Below are positions 10,379 to 19,434 of a stretch of 64,000 bases of DNA, one piece after another. Under the pieces are notes generated by a model. It had not been told where the DNA came from, searched no databases, and saw only the letters and a program-made list of their open reading frames with translations. Numbering within the stretch: the first letter of the stretch is position 1; every line of letters starts with the position of its first letter. Source of the stretch: an uncultured delta proteobacterium (GTDB lineage Bacteria; Desulfobacterota; Binatia; JACPRU01); the NCBI GenBank assembly GCA_963745025.1, contig CAVUWD010000014.1, forward strand, positions 240,339 to 304,338, read 5' to 3'. The position numbers were made by a program, and so were the translations under genes.

Positions 10379-10591
10379 GTGGGCAATCAGGGATTCGCCG
10401 TAGAGCTGGAACGCGAAGAGGATGGTCGCTGGATCGCCGAGGTACCGAGCCTTCCTGGCGTGATGGTCTACGCCAAGACGCGGGACGAGGCGATGGCGAG
10501 GGTCGAAGCGCTAGCGCTGCGCGTGCTCGCCGATCGACTGGAGCACGGTGAGGCGGTTCCCGAGGTGACCCGTTTGTTCTTCGCCGCGTGA
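10379..10591 (+). CDS. hicB: HicB-family antitoxin (short)
   Basis: ELEREEDGRWIAEVPSLPGVMVYAKTRDEA. Confidence 0.88.
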   Translation: MGNQGFAVELEREEDGRWIAEVPSLPGVMVYAKTRDEAMARVEALALRVLADRLEHGEAVPEVTRLFFAA

Positions 10592-10812
10592 GCGCCTGGC
10601 CTGCGTCGAAGGCGAAGCGGGTTCTCGCGGCGCTACTCAAGATAGGCTGGGCGATCAAGCGCACCACAGGATCGCATCGGGTCCTGACACGTGCGGGCTG
10701 GCCCGACTATGTTTTCGCCTTCCACGACCAGGACGAGATCGGTCCGCGGATGCTCGCACGGATCGGCAGGGCGACGGGGCTCGCGCCGAGATCCTCGTCC
10801 GTGTCGACGTAG
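10588..10812 (+). CDS. hicA: HicA-family toxin
   Basis: LLKIGWAIKRTTGSHRVL..FAFHDQDEIGPRMLARI; GTGA overlap with hicB. Confidence 0.88.
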   Translation: MSAWPASKAKRVLAALLKIGWAIKRTTGSHRVLTRAGWPDYVFAFHDQDEIGPRMLARIGRATGLAPRSSSVST

Positions 10813-11044
10813 GCTGAGCACGCCTCGCTCGCCGGTGACGTCGTCAAGCCGGTGCTGCTGCCGCAGGCCTGATCGGGAACGAACGCGGAATGGTCTGCGC
10901 AACCACCCGGCTGTCGCGCGCCTAGCGTTTGCTCGACTTTTCTTTACTCGACGCAATGGGCCGGATCCTCACGCGGCGGCCGTACGCCAAGCGTCGAGGT
11001 CACGTACTCCATGGATCGACGAAGATCCCGTCATCCATGCCTGC

Positions 11045-11893
11045 TCAAGCGAGTCTTTCCGCAACCCCGCGGTCGAGCATTCCGTCGAGGATCGGCCAGT
11101 TCAACTGGGTAGCCGCGGCGTCGGCGACGATGACCGCGCCGTTGATCATGCGGGCCGCCGGCGAGCAGAGAAACAACACGATGGCCGCCATGTCCTCGGG
11201 ATCGGCGTAGCGCCAGCGGCTCGGCTGATCTCTCACTGCCTCGACCGTGGTCCCATAGTTCGCCATTGCCGCGGGGCTCAGCGTCAACCCCGGCGCGACG
11301 GCGTTGATCGTCACGTTCTTGGCCTCGAGGTAAGGGGCCAGGCTTCGCGTCAGGCTGACAACGCCTGCGCGCGCGGCGCCCGAATGTGCGAACATCGGCG
11401 CTCCTCGCTCGAACACGTAAATGTGCACGATGTTGACGATCGATCCACGGCCCCGCTCCATGAGGTGAGGCATGAAGCGGTTGCACATGTTCCAGGTGCC
11501 GTTGAGGTTGAGGTCGACGACCGCCCGCCAGCCGTTGTCGCTGATGGCGAACGGACTCGCCGTGAATTGGCCGCCCGCGTTGTTGATGACGAAGTCGACG
11601 GAGCCAAATCGGTCGAGCGTCGCGTCGCGCAGTCGCTCGACGGATGCCACGTCCCGGATGTTGACCTCCACGTGGAGGCAAGGGGCGCCGGTGGATTCGA
11701 CTTCGCGGGCGACCTCTGCCAGCTCGGCCGGCTCGTTGCTGGCGATGACAACGTTCGCCCCAAGGCGAGCGAAGCCGAGAGCGGTTGCCCTGCCGATGCC
11801 GCGGCCGCCGCCGGTGATGAGCCCGGTCGTTCCCGAGAAGAGCCCCGGGGCGAACACGAGAAGCGGATTGGGTCTCTGCGTTTCCATTGGCAT
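11045..11893 (-). CDS. SDR, 2,4-dienoyl-CoA/trans-2-enoyl-CoA reductase-like
   Basis: TGGGRGIG, INNAGGQF, HSGAARAGV. Confidence 0.88.
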   Translation of the reverse strand: MPMETQRPNPLLVFAPGLFSGTTGLITGGGRGIGRATALGFARLGANVVIASNEPAELAEVAREVESTGAPCLHVEVNIRDVASVERLRDATLDRFGSVDFVINNAGGQFTASPFAISDNGWRAVVDLNLNGTWNMCNRFMPHLMERGRGSIVNIVHIYVFERGAPMFAHSGAARAGVVSLTRSLAPYLEAKNVTINAVAPGLTLSPAAMANYGTTVEAVRDQPSRWRYADPEDMAAIVLFLCSPAARMINGAVIVADAAATQLNWPILDGMLDRGVAERLA

Positions 11894-12030
11894 GTCCCCC
11901 ATGAGAACGTGCGCCTCTAATATCGTGTCACTATGATTCGCTTGCCTTATGTGCCCCCGTTTCTCAGACCGGGGGTCGCTGACCTCGCCACGGCCGCGCT
12001 TCCTCGCGGATAGCCGGCGGATACCGGCGA

Positions 12031-13194
12031 TCACAGAAACGAGCCCGTGGCACTCAACCCGAGCTCGGGCCAAGCCCCCGTGGCGATCGATTCGAAGATA
12101 CCGAAGCCCTTGGCGTCGCCCTCGCGCACGCGCACGATCGAATCGCGCAGTTGATGGATGCGGCGAAGCGTTTGCGGCTCGGTCGTGTCGGGGATGCGCT
12201 CGCCGTCGACATGGCGCTCGCCGCGCCACATGCCGTGTTTCTTGCCGTCGAAGCCGAGATAGAGCGCCGTGCCGAGGTAGAAGCCCGAATCGCCGACTAC
12301 TTCGAGCTCGACATTGCGGGTCTCGCCGGAGAGCATGTCGAAGGAGATGGTTCCCTTCTGCGGGCGGCGCGTGCGATCGTCGTACTGGAGCTTGGGGCGC
12401 ACGCGGCCGACGCGCTCCTGGGTGCCGTCGGGGTGGTTCAGATAGCCGGAGAAGTAGAAGGGACGGCCGTCACGCATCTGCAGGTAGTAGTGGAACTCGT
12501 AGCGGGTGCCGTCCGGCCGCTCGAGCAGCAGCGGCGTCCACTGCAGAAGGACCGACGAGTCGGCCAAGGACCGATCTCCGAAGTCCCGCGCCGGGCGGAG
12601 GTCGGTCGGCGGAGCGCCAACGTCGAGGCGGACACCCCACGAGTGGTCACGAAAGGCGAACCAATCGTCGGGACGGACCTCTTCCTTGTTCCCCTCGACT
12701 CGCACCCAGCCGGACACGGTGCCGGCCTGATGGTAGCGGATGACGTCGGAGACCACGCGGAAGCCGCGCTCGTCGCGTTGCGCGTGGCGGTCCTCGAAGT
12801 AGGGAGGAAGCTTCTTCTCGAAGGTCACATCGAACGTCAGCGGCAGGACGTCGTTCTCGTCGAGCCGGATGCGGACCTTGTGGAGCGGCTCGACGACCTC
12901 GTAGCTGAGGGGACTGACCATGCTCGTGGTGGGATCGCCGGCGAGCTCGCGGCTGGCGCGGACCGTCCACTGCTCGTTGCCGCGCGAAATGCCGCCGAAG
13001 GCGTCCATGACGTTGCGGTTTTGGTAGCGGCCGAGGCCGAAGTCGATCTGCAGCGAGCCGTCCTTCTTCGGGATCGACAACCAGATCTTCTCGGTCCAGG
13101 AAAGATCGGACTCGGCGACGGTGGCGAAGGTATCGACGATTTGGTGGTTCAACCCTTCGTCGATGGACAGGAGCTTGCCGATGTTCGGGGTCAT
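12031..13194 (-). CDS. Hypothetical protein (AttH/tocopherol-cyclase-like beta fold)
   Basis: 387-aa ORF with YEVVEPL, RYHQAG and FRDHSWGVR motifs. Confidence 0.7.
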   Translation of the reverse strand: MTPNIGKLLSIDEGLNHQIVDTFATVAESDLSWTEKIWLSIPKKDGSLQIDFGLGRYQNRNVMDAFGGISRGNEQWTVRASRELAGDPTTSMVSPLSYEVVEPLHKVRIRLDENDVLPLTFDVTFEKKLPPYFEDRHAQRDERGFRVVSDVIRYHQAGTVSGWVRVEGNKEEVRPDDWFAFRDHSWGVRLDVGAPPTDLRPARDFGDRSLADSSVLLQWTPLLLERPDGTRYEFHYYLQMRDGRPFYFSGYLNHPDGTQERVGRVRPKLQYDDRTRRPQKGTISFDMLSGETRNVELEVVGDSGFYLGTALYLGFDGKKHGMWRGERHVDGERIPDTTEPQTLRRIHQLRDSIVRVREGDAKGFGIFESIATGAWPELGLSATGSFL

Positions 13195-13321
13195 GTTGGT
13201 GGTCCTCCGATGCCGCGCTCGTATCTCTGTTGGCAGACGGCAGGCAAGTGATCGAAGGGACGAAGAAAATGACCTGAGAGGGCGGTGGGACTCCTGCGAC
13301 GGAGATCTGATCCGGCGCTGG

Positions 13322-14299
13322 TCAACCGATGCGTCGCCGAATCAGCTCCACGTACTTCGGGACCACGGGGCCCCAGGCCGCGAAGCGCGGATCGGTGGCG
13401 CGGCCGGTTCGATGGAGATGGAAGCCGAGACCGATGATCGCGGCGATCTTGCACATGCCGAGTGCCTCGTACCGACGGATCTCACGAGCCGTGCGCCCGG
13501 TCCCTGCCTCCCAAGCCGCGATCATGCGGGTGCGGTCCCACCACCCCGGCAGATCGAGACCGGCGGTCGCGATTGCTCCCGCTCCCTGATCGTAAAACGA
13601 GGCGAGGTAACCGAGATCGGTGAGCGGCTCACCGACGTGCGCCATCTCCCAATCGAAGAGGCCGACGAGTCGGCCGTCCCTCTGCCAGAAGCAATTCCCG
13701 TGCTTCGGATCGCCGTGCACCGGCGTCGGCGCGCCGGAGCACGGCGGGGGGTTGATCGTCAGATCGTCCAGCAGCTCGAGAAGCGGCTGCGGAGCCTCGG
13801 CGCTTCGCGCCACGTCGCGCCAATGGGACGCCTCTTCGGCGGGCGTCTTTTGCGGCCCAGGCATCAATTCGACCGGCATGCGGTGGACGGCGACGACCGC
13901 GCCGATCCATTGCGACGACATGTACCCTCGTACGTCTTCGGACGCCGCCGCCAGCCAGGCGGGAACCTGGTATTCGAACGCCTCCCCGGAGAGCCGCTCC
14001 ATGATGAAGAAGGGAGCGCCGATGACGGACGGATCGGTGCAGAGCTCGAACACTCGGGGTACCGGCGGACCACCCGAAAACGTGCCGACGGCGGATAGCA
14101 CGCGGTGCTGGAAGGCCATGTCGTAAGGAGGCAGCAGGCCTTCTTCGGAGGGCTCCGTCCGCAGAATGCGGTCGAGCCCCTCGAGCAAATACGTCTCGTT
14201 CGAGTGACCGGTCGATAGCGGGACAACTCGTGTGATGGCCTCGCCGCCACTCAGGTACTGACGAAGCCCCCGCAGCAGCCGCTCGGGATCGCGCGCCAT
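13322..14299 (-). CDS. Phosphotransferase (APH/ACAD10-like)
   Basis: GHSNETY, VIGAPFFIMERL, VHGDPKHGN, LFDWEMAHVGEPLTDL. Confidence 0.9.
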   Translation of the reverse strand: MARDPERLLRGLRQYLSGGEAITRVVPLSTGHSNETYLLEGLDRILRTEPSEEGLLPPYDMAFQHRVLSAVGTFSGGPPVPRVFELCTDPSVIGAPFFIMERLSGEAFEYQVPAWLAAASEDVRGYMSSQWIGAVVAVHRMPVELMPGPQKTPAEEASHWRDVARSAEAPQPLLELLDDLTINPPPCSGAPTPVHGDPKHGNCFWQRDGRLVGLFDWEMAHVGEPLTDLGYLASFYDQGAGAIATAGLDLPGWWDRTRMIAAWEAGTGRTAREIRRYEALGMCKIAAIIGLGFHLHRTGRATDPRFAAWGPVVPKYVELIRRRIG

Positions 14300-14352
14300 A
14301 CGACCGCGGCCTTAACGCCCAGCCGGTCGCAGGTCAAGCGTTCGGCGACGTC

Positions 14353-14954
14353 GTGACGGACGGCGCATCGGAAGCACTCGTGCTCGCTGCCCTTTCGATA
14401 GTCGTGTTCTTCAGCTGGTTCGGCGGGGTAACGGGGTACCTGTCCGGCTGGGGCGCCTATTACTTCGGGATGAACATCCGCTCCGGTTCCTGGCCTCGGC
14501 GCTCGTCATGTGCGCCTTCGCGGTGCTCCACATGAAATCGGAGTCGGGTCCGCTAGGGCGGTATCGCGGACTCTCGAAGATTTGGCTCTCGGCGGGCGTC
14601 TTCTTCGGAGAGATGTCTCTCTGGATACTCTCCATCTTCGGGAACTTCGGCGACATGCACAACTACCGCTACCAGGCGGACGGATTCGAACTCCTCGTCT
14701 TCAACCTCCTCTGGGGCGGCACAAACGCGTTGCTCATCTGGTTCGGGGCCGAGCGCGCTGCGCGAATGCTCGTCGGCTATGGCGTCACCTTTCTCGTTAT
14801 CCAGGTCTACACGCTCTTCTTCGAGTACATCGCCGGGGCTCTCGGACCGGTCGTGACGATGTTTGTCGCCGGCGGAATCGCCCTCTGGCTCGCGTTCTAT
14901 CTGGAGGGGAAACGAAAGGCCTTCCTCGCCCGCCGCGCCTTCGCGCCGCCTTAG
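14353..14954 (+). pseudogene. Membrane protein C-terminal fragment (DUF2157-like), frameshifted
   Basis: WFGGVTGYLSGWGAYYFGMN / SLWILSIFGNFG..GYGVTFLVIQVYTLFFEY over two frames. Confidence 0.6.
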
Positions 14955-15113
14955 CGTAGTCACCCTGTCATTGGGGGGAGGCCGAAGGTCGACGAGGTCT
15001 CTCCAAGCCCGGCGTTGCCCAAAATCCGCACGGCAGCGACTCGATGCAGGCGATCCCGCCGAGCATTTGTGCCCCGACCGCCGCCGTCAGTCTGACTGCA
15101 CGGTCTTCGGGCA

Positions 15114-16139
15114 TCAGATATTCCAAAGTTCCGGGAACTCCCGCGCAAGCCATCGGGCGATCGCCGCATTGACCGACGCGGGCCGCTCCTGCGCCATCCA
15201 ATGGCCGGATCGAACGACGGCTTGCGACAATCTCTCGCAATCCTGACGCATCGGGTCCGCGAGCCGCGAGTCCACGGTTTCGCAGGTGTAATCGTAAGCC
15301 GCGTGCAAAAACAGGACGGGCATCGCGAGTTTGCCGCCGTTCACTGCCAGTTTACCAAATTCACCGTTGCGCTCGTGATTCATGTACCAGGAGTCCGGCC
15401 CGAAAAAGCCGTTGCGCTCCAGCGCAGCGGCGTACTTGTGGAAGTCCTCCTCGCTAATGACCGTGGTATCGATCGGCACGTCGGGAACCACGCCGCCGGG
15501 GAACCATCCACCCTGATTGCGCACGTGCGCGGTGACCGAAGGTTTGCCCCTCCCGTCTGGGCTTCCCGCCCTGAAGAGCAGCTTGACCACTTTCGCGGGT
15601 GCGGCGTCGAATCCGGAGCGTGCCTGCTCGAAGCTCTCTTCGTAAAACCGCATGTACTCCCACTGGCCGTATGGGTATTGCGCCTCTGGATAGACGGAGC
15701 GATCGACGAGCGACACGAAATTCTTGAGCGTAAAGCCCTTGGCGAAGTAGGGGACGCAGAGGTTCGCGACACCGGTACATCTGTCCGGATGATGGCTCGC
15801 GAGGCTCCATACGACCGGACTTCCCCAGTCGTGCCCGACCCAAATCGCCCTCTCGGCGCCAAGCTTGTCGAGCAGTTCGAGCATGTCTTTGACCGTTTGC
15901 TCGATCGCGTAATCTTCGTGGCGCGGATAGACGCTTGATCTGCCGTAGCCGCGCATGTCGGGAGCGATCGCGCGAAACCCAAGCGCCGCGAAGCATGGCA
16001 GTTGATGCCGCCAGCTAATCGAAAGCTCCGGCCATCCGTGCACGAAAATGATCAGCGGAGCGTCTTCGGCGCCGCAGGCTAGATAGAAGGTCGTGTGTCT
16101 TGGCGATCTTGCAATATGCTCGGTGACCGCGAACGTCAT
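15114..16139 (-). CDS. Alpha/beta hydrolase, soluble epoxide hydrolase-like
   Basis: HGWPEL, PDMRGYG, GHDWGS nucleophile motif, SGHW. Confidence 0.92.
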   Translation of the reverse strand: MTFAVTEHIARSPRHTTFYLACGAEDAPLIIFVHGWPELSISWRHQLPCFAALGFRAIAPDMRGYGRSSVYPRHEDYAIEQTVKDMLELLDKLGAERAIWVGHDWGSPVVWSLASHHPDRCTGVANLCVPYFAKGFTLKNFVSLVDRSVYPEAQYPYGQWEYMRFYEESFEQARSGFDAAPAKVVKLLFRAGSPDGRGKPSVTAHVRNQGGWFPGGVVPDVPIDTTVISEEDFHKYAAALERNGFFGPDSWYMNHERNGEFGKLAVNGGKLAMPVLFLHAAYDYTCETVDSRLADPMRQDCERLSQAVVRSGHWMAQERPASVNAAIARWLAREFPELWNI

Positions 16140-16599
16140 CGTTTTTCCTCCCACGCAATCGTTTCAGGCCTGGTTGTCTTCTGAAAAATTAGAACGTCGG
16201 CAGGTGCTCGATGTCCTTGAACTCGTGCGGATACGTATAGTTCGTATTCGCTGCCAATTTGACGCAACGCACTCTATCAGATGTTACCACCACTGCCCCA
16301 AGGCCACATCGATGCCGCGCCAGGACGTGGATACTCCTTGCCGCACGGGCTCGTCAAAGGGAAAAGGCCACTGTGCGTTCAGCGATGGCTGCAGCGGTTG
16401 TGCCTCGCCCAATATTCCATCGACCGCGCCGTGGTGCCAAAATGACAGCCCCCTAACGAACGACGCAAAACGCGAGAATCCTTCGGAGGCTCAAGACAGT
16501 GCTCGTCATGTCCCCAATCGCATGGTTCGTCTTCGTTGGGCTTGTTCTCGGCGCCTACGGAGTCGTGCTGCTCGGGCTGGGTCGCTGATCCCCCGCCGG

Positions 16600-17157
16600 T
16601 TAGTGACGATCAGGCGTCGCGGCCGCCGAGTCGGTTGGTAGTGGTTCCGGCGCGCCGATCTCGGCACAAGTAAAGGCCGTCTCCACAAGGTCGATTGGGA
16701 GAAACAGTGGCGTGAATGCGAGCGCAAAACCCGCAACAACAGGCGGCGTAACTGGGATCATCGAGCAAACAAGAACCGCTCGCAAAACTTTGCCGGGCAA
16801 GCCCTCGTCGGAATCCGAACGAAAGCAAGTGGACACTTGATTGTTCGTCGCGTCGCCGACGATATGCCAGAGCTTTTTGGTTGTGGGAATGCGACTCGCG
16901 CAAGGTGGGGGCTCAGGCTCCGCCGAGCGCATCGGTGGCGCTCCCCCGATACATCCACCGAGTCCTCCGATGAGCAGCACGAGGACTGCGGTTTGGAACG
17001 ACGTGCGTTGCCGTTGATGTTTCCGATTCGCCGATGGCTCGAGTCGAAGCGTCGAGTCTGACGGGGCGGTTTCGGTCACGCTGCGTTCCTCGGGGAAGCG
17101 GTTCGTACCTGACCTCCTGCGGTGTCTGCTGCGGCTGGAGACGGGCGTAAAGGGCAC
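16600..17157 (-). CDS. Hypothetical (lipo)protein; start uncertain
   Basis: Hydrophobic VLVLLIGGLGGC lipobox-like segment and a C-terminal hydrophobic stretch. Confidence 0.35.
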   Translation of the reverse strand: MPFTPVSSRSRHRRRSGTNRFPEERSVTETAPSDSTLRLEPSANRKHQRQRTSFQTAVLVLLIGGLGGCIGGAPPMRSAEPEPPPCASRIPTTKKLWHIVGDATNNQVSTCFRSDSDEGLPGKVLRAVLVCSMIPVTPPVVAGFALAFTPLFLPIDLVETAFTCAEIGAPEPLPTDSAAATPDRH

Positions 17158-17180
17158 GTCGGGGCGGGGGCTGCGATTCG

Positions 17181-18665
17181 TTACGACACCCGCTTCACGC
17201 CTGGCGGCTTCCAGGTGCCTTCACCCGCCGGCAGGATTGAGGGTGGTGTCTCCTTCGGCCAGTAGAGACGCATCACCAGATAGATCGGGCCGTTCGGTGC
17301 GGGGAGCCAATTGGATTTCTTTTCCGCGCCCGGCGAGTCTTTCTGAATGTAGAGCATCAACGAGCCGTCCGCATTCCTCTTCATGTTGCGCTGCATCGGC
17401 GAATTGATGAGGTAGCGATTGATCGGGTTCTCGATCAGGAACTGCGTCTTGCCGTCGTACATTGTGATCGACCAGAAGGCGTTCACCGGCGGCAATTGAC
17501 CGGCCGCGAAGGTGAGCGTATAGTTGTGCTTGCTGCCGTCGAGCGGCTCGCCATCTGCATCGCTCCGAGTCATGGGGTACATGGCTTCCACGGCATCGTT
17601 ACCGTATATGCCGGCTTGCGCGGCAGTGGCACGCAGCAGCCAGTTGCCATTGAAGAAAGCGCGGTCGCCAGTGATCGAGCCGACGCGCCATCCGTTGATG
17701 TTCTTGCCGAAATCGCTTACGGCCTTTGTCACCTTCTCCTCGCCATCTTTCATGCCCAGGCCCACTTCCGCTTTGTGCTCAAGCGAGAGGTCTTTGAAGT
17801 CGAACTGCTTGCCGGGCCCGATGCCGATGCTGGCAAGCTTGCTGCGGATTTCCTTCTCCTCCGGACCCGGAGGGGCGAACTGGAGCGAGAAGTCGAGGTA
17901 TTCGAAGAAGTTGGTCTTGGCGAGCTCCTTGTCGATCTTGGGGAAATTCACGGCGGGAGCCGCGGGCGGCGCGGGCTGCTTCAGGTAGGCCGAAAGTGCC
18001 TGCACTTGATAGCCGGCTTGGATCTTCTCGACGTTCTTCATGTCGTTCGGGTTGAAGAGCTGGGTGCGGTAGACGGCCAAGGAGAACTGCGTGCTAGACC
18101 GGAACATCTTCTTGATGCGCGGCGGGGTCTCGCCTTTCCAATCGGGTCCGACGACCATGTAGTCGCCCGCCCCACTGCCGGTGGCGCGGCTTCCGATGTA
18201 GCCGTAGTTGAAGGTATTGCCGTCGCAGAGCATCACCGAGTAGTAGCGGGCCTTTTCCACCGCTGGGACGGACAGGACGATGGGCTCTGCCCGCAGATCC
18301 ATCCACACCAAGGAATACGGCGTGTCGCTGTTGGGGGTGACGACGGCCGTGTCCTTGTATGTGAACACGCGGGGCTCATTGCGGATCTGATTGAAGGGCG
18401 CCTTGAACTGGCCCGAGGTGCGGTCAACGGCATACTCGTACATGACCGCGTAGTTCATCACGATCGGCAAGCCGTAGATGAACCCCTCCTCGGCGATCGT
18501 TTTGGTCTCAGCGATACCCGGCTGGGTCTTTTCCGACCGTTCCGCCAGCGAGATGGCATCTTTTCGAGTTGCACAGCCGATCAGTAGCGTGGTGCTAGTG
18601 ATGGCCGCCACGGCGACAAACATCCCGGCAGTGCATGCTCTAGCGAACACCCACAATCGAGTCAT
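17181..18665 (-). CDS. DUF1254/DUF1214 lipoprotein
   Basis: EEGFIYGLP, VVTPNSDTPYS, PPVNAFWSITMY, NWLPAPNGPIYLVMRLYWP. Confidence 0.93.
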   Translation of the reverse strand: MTRLWVFARACTAGMFVAVAAITSTTLLIGCATRKDAISLAERSEKTQPGIAETKTIAEEGFIYGLPIVMNYAVMYEYAVDRTSGQFKAPFNQIRNEPRVFTYKDTAVVTPNSDTPYSLVWMDLRAEPIVLSVPAVEKARYYSVMLCDGNTFNYGYIGSRATGSGAGDYMVVGPDWKGETPPRIKKMFRSSTQFSLAVYRTQLFNPNDMKNVEKIQAGYQVQALSAYLKQPAPPAAPAVNFPKIDKELAKTNFFEYLDFSLQFAPPGPEEKEIRSKLASIGIGPGKQFDFKDLSLEHKAEVGLGMKDGEEKVTKAVSDFGKNINGWRVGSITGDRAFFNGNWLLRATAAQAGIYGNDAVEAMYPMTRSDADGEPLDGSKHNYTLTFAAGQLPPVNAFWSITMYDGKTQFLIENPINRYLINSPMQRNMKRNADGSLMLYIQKDSPGAEKKSNWLPAPNGPIYLVMRLYWPKETPPSILPAGEGTWKPPGVKRVS

Positions 18666-18752
18666 CGACCGTCCTCCCGTTTTCGGTTTGCGCTTATCCT
18701 AGCCGTTTGGCCGACGAGAAGGCTGCTCCCCCGGCGGGTGCCAGCGTTCAAT

Positions 18753-19157
18753 CTAGCCCAACGCCCAGCCGAACTTGCTCTGCGGGGTGAGCTCGACGAT
18801 CACGGAATCCTCCGATCCGAGCGGCGCTGCGGATTCGTATTTCGGATACTGCTTGTAGAGCTTGCGGCGGATCTTCTTGAATTCCGCTTTGTCCACGATG
18901 CGTACCGTGCAAACCAGCATCAGCCCGCGGAGGTCCTTCCACGAGTCGCGATAGACGTCGAAAACGATCGTCGCCCGTGGATTCGCTCGGAGGTTCTTCA
19001 TCTTCCGCGCGTTCGTTTCCGAAGCGAAGTAGAGTTTTCCGCCGTCGACCAGCGGGCACACCGGAATGTTGTGCGGCGTACCGCCGCTGCTCACGGTGGC
19101 GAGGCGAGCGACACCCTGGGACTTGAGGAACGCCGTGTCGCTTCTCGAAAGCTTCAT
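18753..19157 (-). CDS. Pyridoxamine 5'-phosphate oxidase-like flavin/F420-binding protein
   Basis: VARLATVSSGGTPHNIPV..KMKNLRANPRAT. Confidence 0.85.
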   Translation of the reverse strand: MKLSRSDTAFLKSQGVARLATVSSGGTPHNIPVCPLVDGGKLYFASETNARKMKNLRANPRATIVFDVYRDSWKDLRGLMLVCTVRIVDKAEFKKIRRKLYKQYPKYESAAPLGSEDSVIVELTPQSKFGWALG

Positions 19158-19294
19158 GATCCTCCCTCTCCGCGCATCGGCGGCTGCAGTCCGGTGATGC
19201 TACGCTGCGCCGCCATGGGATCCATCGAGAGGACTTTACCCCTGCCGCGGCTCGTTCGCCACTCGATTTCGGCGACATCGCGAACATGTCTCAG

Positions 19295-19334
19295 GAGTTT
19301 GAACCACGTGGTTCAAACTCGGGCTCTACGTAGG
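19295..19334. repeat. Copy 2 of the 40-bp direct repeat, with a perfect 26-bp palindrome
   Basis: GAGTTTGAACCAC|GTGGTTCAAACTC followed by GGGCTCTACGTAGG. Confidence 0.9.
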
Positions 19335-19434
19335 ACTAAGTGGATGATAGAATGGAGAAAACGCTTGAAAATTGCGGCCGTCGCTAGCTCGGCATCCTCT
19401 GGCCAGAGCGTCCGCTTCGTAGGAACATGGCGGC

